Origin: Omnitrophica WOR_2 bacterium RIFOXYA2_FULL_38_17
GTDB lineage: Bacteria; Omnitrophota; Gorgyraeia; Zapsychrales; Zapsychraceae
Assembly (NCBI GenBank): GCA_001805965.1
Contig: MHHG01000052.1
Span: forward strand, 13,930-77,929
DNA length: 64,000 bases
Reading direction: 5' to 3'
Notes under the pieces: generated by a model
Seen by the model: only the letters and a program-made list of their open reading frames with translations
The model's database searches: none
What the model was told of the DNA's origin: nothing
Part shown: positions 58,856-64,000 of the stretch, piece after piece
How the letters are laid out: each line of letters opens with the position of its first letter
Position numbering within the stretch: position 1 is the first letter of the stretch
Program-made: the position numbers and the translations under genes

Positions 58856-60616
58856 ATGATTGTAATAGATTATCTTTTTTTGGTTAATAAGTCTTCTAAG
58901 GAGTCATTGTATCAAAAAAAATGGTTTTATTTGGGGACCGATTATAAGAAGATCAAAGTGTTGCAAAATAGTTTTTTGAAAGCTGATGGTTATGTGGATG
59001 TATTCCATGAGTTAAAATCAATACAAGAGGAGTATAAGCAAGAATTCATTGATTTTATAGGTTCTTTATCAGTCAAATATGATTCCTTTCAATGGTGGGC
59101 TTCTTCTGTGTCTGAAAAAGGGATGTTTGAAGGCCAGCCGTTGTTTATGGAGTTTTGCTATTTTAAACTTATCAAGCAGTACATGAATCAAGATGTGTTG
59201 ATAGTTCTAGATAATTTAACATTATTGGAAGCAGTTCAGCAGAATTATAATGTAAAAACGTATATTTATCAGAAAAGCAGTTATATTGCTGAAATCATTG
59301 GATATTTTAAAAGTAGAGCAAAGTTTTTTATAATGCACTTTTTCAGAAAGAAAGCCCCAGATTGTTATATTTCAGGAAAAAAATATATTGGCTTGATTTC
59401 TTGGGTTGATGATCGAAATACTGAATCTGGTGATTTTGAAGATAGTTATTTTGGAAAATTGTTTTCAAGTAAAAAAAACAATGATGAATTTTTGTATTTA
59501 CCCAATTTCATATTTAGAAAATATAAAGATGAAGCATTCGCAGCCTTAAGAAAGGAATCCATTAATTATTTTAGTTTATTCGATAATTTTACAAAGCTGG
59601 ATGTCCTTAAAGCGCTTTTTTTATCAATGGGTTTTAATTTTGACAAAAATGAAAAGTTTATTTTTGATGGCGAAAATGTAAGTTTATTTATAAAGCAAAA
59701 ATTAAAAGATGATTGGTTGGCTAATAGGTTATCGAAATATTATTTGTTGTATTTTGCAGTAAAATGCTTAAAACAAAAAGGTGTTTTTCTTGATAAAGTA
59801 GTTTATTTGTTTGAAAATCAGCCGTGGGAAAAAATACTTTGTTATTCTTTTAAAGAATTCTATCCCGAAGTTGAATTGATTGGATTTATGCATTCTGTTA
59901 CATTGCCATATTTGCTCAGTTTGTATCCTTCTCAGAACGAAAGAGAAATAATGCCTCAGCCTGATAAAATATTTACAACAGGTCAATTGTTTTCAGAAGA
60001 GTTGAGAAAATATTATGACAAAACAAAAATTGAAGATGCGTGTGCTTTTAGATACGAATATTGTTTTGAGAATAAAGTTATAAGTAAGAATAAAAAAAAT
60101 GTAATATTAGTCGCGTTGGCGTCTGATGTTGAAAAAAAAGCTGAGATGATTGATAAAATTTATTATGCATATAAAGATAAGAAAGAATACCGTGTTTTAA
60201 TAAAGGACCATCCGGCGAATCCTGCAAATCTTGAATCAATATTTAATAATGAATTGCCCGATAATTTTGAAATAGTTAATCAGCCGATATCTGAATTGTT
60301 GAGCAGTTCATCGCTTGTAATCAATGCAGATTCTACAGTGGGGTTTGAAGCCTTGAAATTTCGAGTACCTGTTATTGAAATATTGTTTAATGTAAACTCA
60401 AATATGAGTCCAATAGATTATTTTCAAGGAAAAAAATATAAATGTCTTACGCCTAATGAAATTTTAGATACAACAAACACAATTCTAAACATGCCTCATG
60501 ACGAAAAAAATAAATACTTCCTGGAAGTTGATAGTTTTCTTGAGAGTTGTTTTAATCCAATCAAGGATGAATATATAGCGAAGATTTGTAATAAAAGGCA
60601 AAAGGAGTATTTTTAA
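58856..60616 (+). CDS. Hypothetical surface-carbohydrate protein, GT-B-like (putative CMP-sugar transferase 3)
   Basis: 586 aa; WWASSVSEK, DSYFG, YLFENQPWEK, GFMH, PDKI, FRYE, IKDHP, ADSTVGFEAL. Confidence 0.6.
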   Translation: MIVIDYLFLVNKSSKESLYQKKWFYLGTDYKKIKVLQNSFLKADGYVDVFHELKSIQEEYKQEFIDFIGSLSVKYDSFQWWASSVSEKGMFEGQPLFMEFCYFKLIKQYMNQDVLIVLDNLTLLEAVQQNYNVKTYIYQKSSYIAEIIGYFKSRAKFFIMHFFRKKAPDCYISGKKYIGLISWVDDRNTESGDFEDSYFGKLFSSKKNNDEFLYLPNFIFRKYKDEAFAALRKESINYFSLFDNFTKLDVLKALFLSMGFNFDKNEKFIFDGENVSLFIKQKLKDDWLANRLSKYYLLYFAVKCLKQKGVFLDKVVYLFENQPWEKILCYSFKEFYPEVELIGFMHSVTLPYLLSLYPSQNEREIMPQPDKIFTTGQLFSEELRKYYDKTKIEDACAFRYEYCFENKVISKNKKNVILVALASDVEKKAEMIDKIYYAYKDKKEYRVLIKDHPANPANLESIFNNELPDNFEIVNQPISELLSSSSLVINADSTVGFEALKFRVPVIEILFNVNSNMSPIDYFQGKKYKCLTPNEILDTTNTILNMPHDEKNKYFLEVDSFLESCFNPIKDEYIAKICNKRQKEYF

Positions 60617-60622
60617 TCAATT

Positions 60623-62185
60623 ATGAAAAAAGAAAATAATTTTAAAGTGCTGCTTGTATACCCAAATTTAAGTTTAATGAAAATACCTTCTTTAGCGATT
60701 GCTTTATTTACAGCTATTCTACGAAAAGAAAAGTACCAGGTAGATTTGTTTGATGCCTCAAATTATATAAGCCTTAAAGATGAAGATCATGATGATAGAA
60801 GAATGGGGAGTTTTCAATATCGTAAGCTTGATAAGAAATTGATTAATTGGAATGTGAAAACTAACCTAACGGAAGATTTTGTTGAAAAAGTAAAGGAATT
60901 TTACCCAGACATTATAATTATGTCTGTTGTTGAAGATACGTTTCAGCAAGGCATTGAGTTGCTTTGTCTTATTGAAGAGTTTAAAATACCAAATATTATA
61001 GGAGGAGTATTTCCTACAATGGCACCGGAAGAAGCTATCAAGCCTGAATGTGTAAACATGGTTAGCATTGGTGAAGGTGAAATTACAATAAAAAAAGTTT
61101 GTGAACATATTAGAAAGGGAGAATCATGTGAGGGAATCCCCAATGTTTGGTTTAAGCGCGAGGATGGAACTGTTGCAAAAAGCAAACTAGAAAAATTAGT
61201 TGATATTAATGATACATTGCCTGATTATTCATTATTTGAGGAAGATAAATTTTTAAGGCCATGGGGAGGTAAAATTTATAAAACGATCGCTATAGAATCT
61301 GTAAGAGGATGTCCTTACGAGTGTACTTTTTGCAATTCGCCTATGCATAATAAGCTTGCTGTTGATGCTGGTGAAAAAACGTTTGTGCGTAATAAAAAGA
61401 TATCTGTATTGGAAAACGAAATTAAAATACTGTCAAAAAATGTTCAACCAGAATTTTTTATGTTTGTTGATGATACGTTTTTAACAAGACCTGAAAAAGA
61501 ATTTTACAAATGGTGTGAAATGTACAATAAATACAAAATACCATTTTGGATGAACACTAGAGTTGAATCAGTTACAAAAAAAAAATTAGAAGCATTAAAA
61601 AATGCAGGGTGTCAGCGGATTAGCTTTAGTCTTGAGCAAGGAAATGAAGAGTATAGGAAAAAACATCTCAAAAAACAGTTTTCAAACAAAATGTTTTTAG
61701 AAAAAGCTATTATTGCTTCACAATGCAAAATCCCTTTTTCAATAGATGTTTTGATTGGTCTGCCGCATGAAACAAGAGATTTAGTTTTTGATACTATAGA
61801 AGTAGTTCGGCAGGTACCTAGCTATGATGCTTTGACAGTTAATATCTTCACGCCATACAGAGGTACTGAGCTTAGAGATGTAGTTGTTAACAATGGTTGG
61901 TTAGATAAAAATATTTTTCCATCTGGAATTTCCGGATCGTCATTATTGAAAATGCCTAAGCCTTATCTTCAGCCTACAGAAATTGATGGGTTGTTCAGAA
62001 CTTTTTCATTTTATGCCTTTTTCCCTAAAGCATGTTGGGAAAATATTCGTCTGGCGGAACAGTTTACAGAAGAAGGTAATGCGCAGTTTAATAAGATTGG
62101 AAAAGAATATTATACTAAGAAATTTGGGGATGAGGTAACAACATTTCATAATAAACAGTATCTAAAAAAATGTACTGATAGTTAA
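60623..62185 (+). CDS. B12-binding-domain radical SAM enzyme (paralog of 57341-58849)
   Basis: LVYPN, IGGVFPT, IGEGE, RGCPYECTFC, DDTF, LEQGNEEYR, GLPHETR, TPYRGT. Confidence 0.92.
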   Translation: MKKENNFKVLLVYPNLSLMKIPSLAIALFTAILRKEKYQVDLFDASNYISLKDEDHDDRRMGSFQYRKLDKKLINWNVKTNLTEDFVEKVKEFYPDIIIMSVVEDTFQQGIELLCLIEEFKIPNIIGGVFPTMAPEEAIKPECVNMVSIGEGEITIKKVCEHIRKGESCEGIPNVWFKREDGTVAKSKLEKLVDINDTLPDYSLFEEDKFLRPWGGKIYKTIAIESVRGCPYECTFCNSPMHNKLAVDAGEKTFVRNKKISVLENEIKILSKNVQPEFFMFVDDTFLTRPEKEFYKWCEMYNKYKIPFWMNTRVESVTKKKLEALKNAGCQRISFSLEQGNEEYRKKHLKKQFSNKMFLEKAIIASQCKIPFSIDVLIGLPHETRDLVFDTIEVVRQVPSYDALTVNIFTPYRGTELRDVVVNNGWLDKNIFPSGISGSSLLKMPKPYLQPTEIDGLFRTFSFYAFFPKACWENIRLAEQFTEEGNAQFNKIGKEYYTKKFGDEVTTFHNKQYLKKCTDS

Positions 62186-62199
62186 TAAGGAATACTAAA

Positions 62200-63189
62200 A
62201 TGATAATATCAAAAACACCTTTAAGAATGAGTTTTGTGGGTGGAGGATCAGATCTTTCCGATTATTATGGCCATGCAGAAAGCTCTTTTGGGTCTGTGGT
62301 TAGCACAGCCATTAACAAATATGTTTATATTCTAGTGAATAAAAGATTTGGTGATGAATTAAAAATTAGCTACTCGATTGTTGAGTATGCAAATAGTATA
62401 GAAGAAATCCAACATAATTTAGTTAGAGAATGTTTGAAGTATTTGAATATTCGAGAAACTATAGATATTACATATATGTCAGACTTTTTACCAGGAAAAG
62501 TTGGTTCAGGTATAGCTGGGTCAAGTGCTATTGTGGTTGGAACTTTAAATGCATTACATGCCTTTCGCGGAGAGCATGTTTCTTCTCATCAACTTGCAAA
62601 AGAAGCCTGTGAAATTGAAGTAGATATTCTTAAACATCCTATTGGGAAACAGGATCAATTCGCAGTTTCATATGGAGGTTTTAATCACATACAATTTAAT
62701 GCGGATGAGAGTGTATTTGTTAACCCCGTAATTTTTAACAGGGATATTCGGAAGAAACTAAATAGAAATTTGATTATGTTTTATACAGGGATAACTGCCA
62801 GGTCAGATACGATCTTAACGGAGCAAAAGGAAAAAACAAAAATAAATTTAAAATTTCTAGATAAAATGGTGGAGATGTCAATTGAATTAAAAAAATCTCT
62901 GGAAGAAAATGATCTAACCAAATTTGGAGATTTGTTACATGCAAACTGGGAGCTTAAAAAGAAATTGTCTAGTAATGTTTCAAATGAATTGATCAATAAG
63001 TATTATGAAAAGGCTAGAGTTGCAGGTGCTATTGGTGGTAAAGTTTTAGGATCTGGAGGTGGAGGCTTTTTATTGTTTTATTGTGAAGAAGAAAAACAGG
63101 ATAATGTCAGAAAGGCTCTTTGTGATTTAAAAGAAGCACCTTTTAGATTTGAGCAACAAGGAAGTCGGATAATTTATGTGAGTGATTAA
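62200..63189 (+). CDS. hddA: GHMP kinase, D-glycero-D-manno-heptose-7-phosphate 1-kinase-like
   Basis: SKTPLRMSFVGGGSD, GSGIAGSS, PIGKQDQ..YGGFN, FYTG, GGKVLGSGGGGF. Confidence 0.85.
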   Translation: MIISKTPLRMSFVGGGSDLSDYYGHAESSFGSVVSTAINKYVYILVNKRFGDELKISYSIVEYANSIEEIQHNLVRECLKYLNIRETIDITYMSDFLPGKVGSGIAGSSAIVVGTLNALHAFRGEHVSSHQLAKEACEIEVDILKHPIGKQDQFAVSYGGFNHIQFNADESVFVNPVIFNRDIRKKLNRNLIMFYTGITARSDTILTEQKEKTKINLKFLDKMVEMSIELKKSLEENDLTKFGDLLHANWELKKKLSSNVSNELINKYYEKARVAGAIGGKVLGSGGGGFLLFYCEEEKQDNVRKALCDLKEAPFRFEQQGSRIIYVSD

Positions 63190-63210
63190 GAAGGATTTTG
63201 GGAGATTAAA

Positions 63211-63771
63211 ATGGATTTTATTAAAAATTATTTAAAAGATTTAAAAAACAAGTTAGATGAATTGCCGATCGATAAAATTGAAGAGTTAGCAGCAATTCTC
63301 GAGAATGCTCGAAAGAAAGGCAAAAAGATTTTCATTTCAGGAAATGGAGGTAGTGCATCAACAGCCTCCCATTTTGCTTGTGATTTGGGAAAAGGAACAG
63401 TAAAAGATCATCATGATATTAAAGAAACTAGGTTTCAAGTTATTTCTTTATTGGATAATATGGCTACTTATACTGCATATAGTAATGATTTTGGTCATGA
63501 TCACGTTTTTTCACAACAACTTTGTAATTTGGTACAGCCCGGAGACATAGTTATAGTAATAACTGGTAGTGGAAATTCGAAAAATATTATAAAGGCTGTT
63601 GAAACTGCTATAGAAAGAAAGGCAATAACAATAGGTTTCGTTGGTTTTGATGGGGGCATATTAAAACCGATGCTTGATCACTACATCCATGTATATTCTG
63701 ATCACTATGGAATAGTTGAGGATGTTCATTTAATATTAGCACACATGATTAGTTACTATCTTATGAAGTGA
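63211..63771 (+). CDS. gmhA: Phosphoheptose isomerase (SIS domain)
   Basis: GNGGSASTASHFACD, YSND, FSQQ, TGSGNSKNI, GFDGG, VEDVH. Confidence 0.85.
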   Translation: MDFIKNYLKDLKNKLDELPIDKIEELAAILENARKKGKKIFISGNGGSASTASHFACDLGKGTVKDHHDIKETRFQVISLLDNMATYTAYSNDFGHDHVFSQQLCNLVQPGDIVIVITGSGNSKNIIKAVETAIERKAITIGFVGFDGGILKPMLDHYIHVYSDHYGIVEDVHLILAHMISYYLMK

Positions 63772-63857
63772 TTATTTTTTTTAGAGAATAATTGAAGAGA
63801 ATTTATTTTTAAATCTTATAGCACGATACTATTTTAGTATGATAGAGGAGATCATAA

Positions 63858-64000
63858 ATGAAAGAAAAAATTCTAATAACAGGTATTACAGGTTTTGCAG
63901 GATCTCATTTGGCTGATTTATTACTAGAAAAGGGAGATTCCGAAGTTTATGGTATAAAACAATGGAATCTTACTAGGTTAAGGAATGCAAGACACCTATT
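63858..64000 (+). CDS. GDP-mannose/GDP-heptose 4,6-dehydratase-like SDR, 5' fragment truncated by the window end
   Basis: Own translation MKEKILITGITGFAGSHLADLLLEKG..EVYG after a gaggag RBS; not in the ORF track. Confidence 0.8.
   Translation, partial: MKEKILITGITGFAGSHLADLLLEKGDSEVYGIKQWNLTRLRNARHL

Noticed and set aside
1-64000. Short (60-135 aa) ORFs nested in or antisense to long genes; also CRISPR arrays, tRNA/rRNA, IS elements and ops/JUMPstart
   Set aside because: The nested ORFs are shadows of well-supported genes. No repeat-spacer array, structural RNA, transposase or ops-like motif was recognised by eye; a covariance-model scan was not possible.

Overview
Bacterial genomic window from a diderm (it encodes a TonB-dependent receptor) and probably anaerobic organism; the lineage cannot be fixed from sequence alone. 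1-10 kb is housekeeping: NrdR-box-controlled class III ribonucleotide reductase nrdD/nrdG, ccdA plus a TlpA-like redoxin, metF, an orphan NDP-sugar epimerase, and a B12-uptake unit (BtuM/DUF6580-like gene, cobalamin riboswitch with attenuator, BtuB-like receptor). From ~10.4 kb to the window end (over 53 kb, continuing beyond it) lies an AT-rich surface-glycan synthesis and tailoring locus. It holds an ACP/FkbH/SGNH/MBOAT acylation cassette; a radical SAM/HD/kinase/nitroreductase cassette; a complete pseudaminic-acid pathway (pseB, C, G-H fusion, I, F) with a WbuXYZ-type amidotransferase trio; and a second, SAF-less NeuB module. It also holds a pyruvate kinase-ATP sulfurylase fusion with APS kinase and a sulfotransferase, a third cytidylyltransferase module, and the start of a GDP-heptose pathway. 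Across the locus are four B12-binding radical SAM enzymes, two SPASM/Twitch-type radical SAM enzymes, five class I methyltransferases and three ~600-aa orphan transferase-like ORFs. No rRNA, tRNA, CRISPR array or transposase was seen. All family calls come from motif recognition by eye, not database searches.
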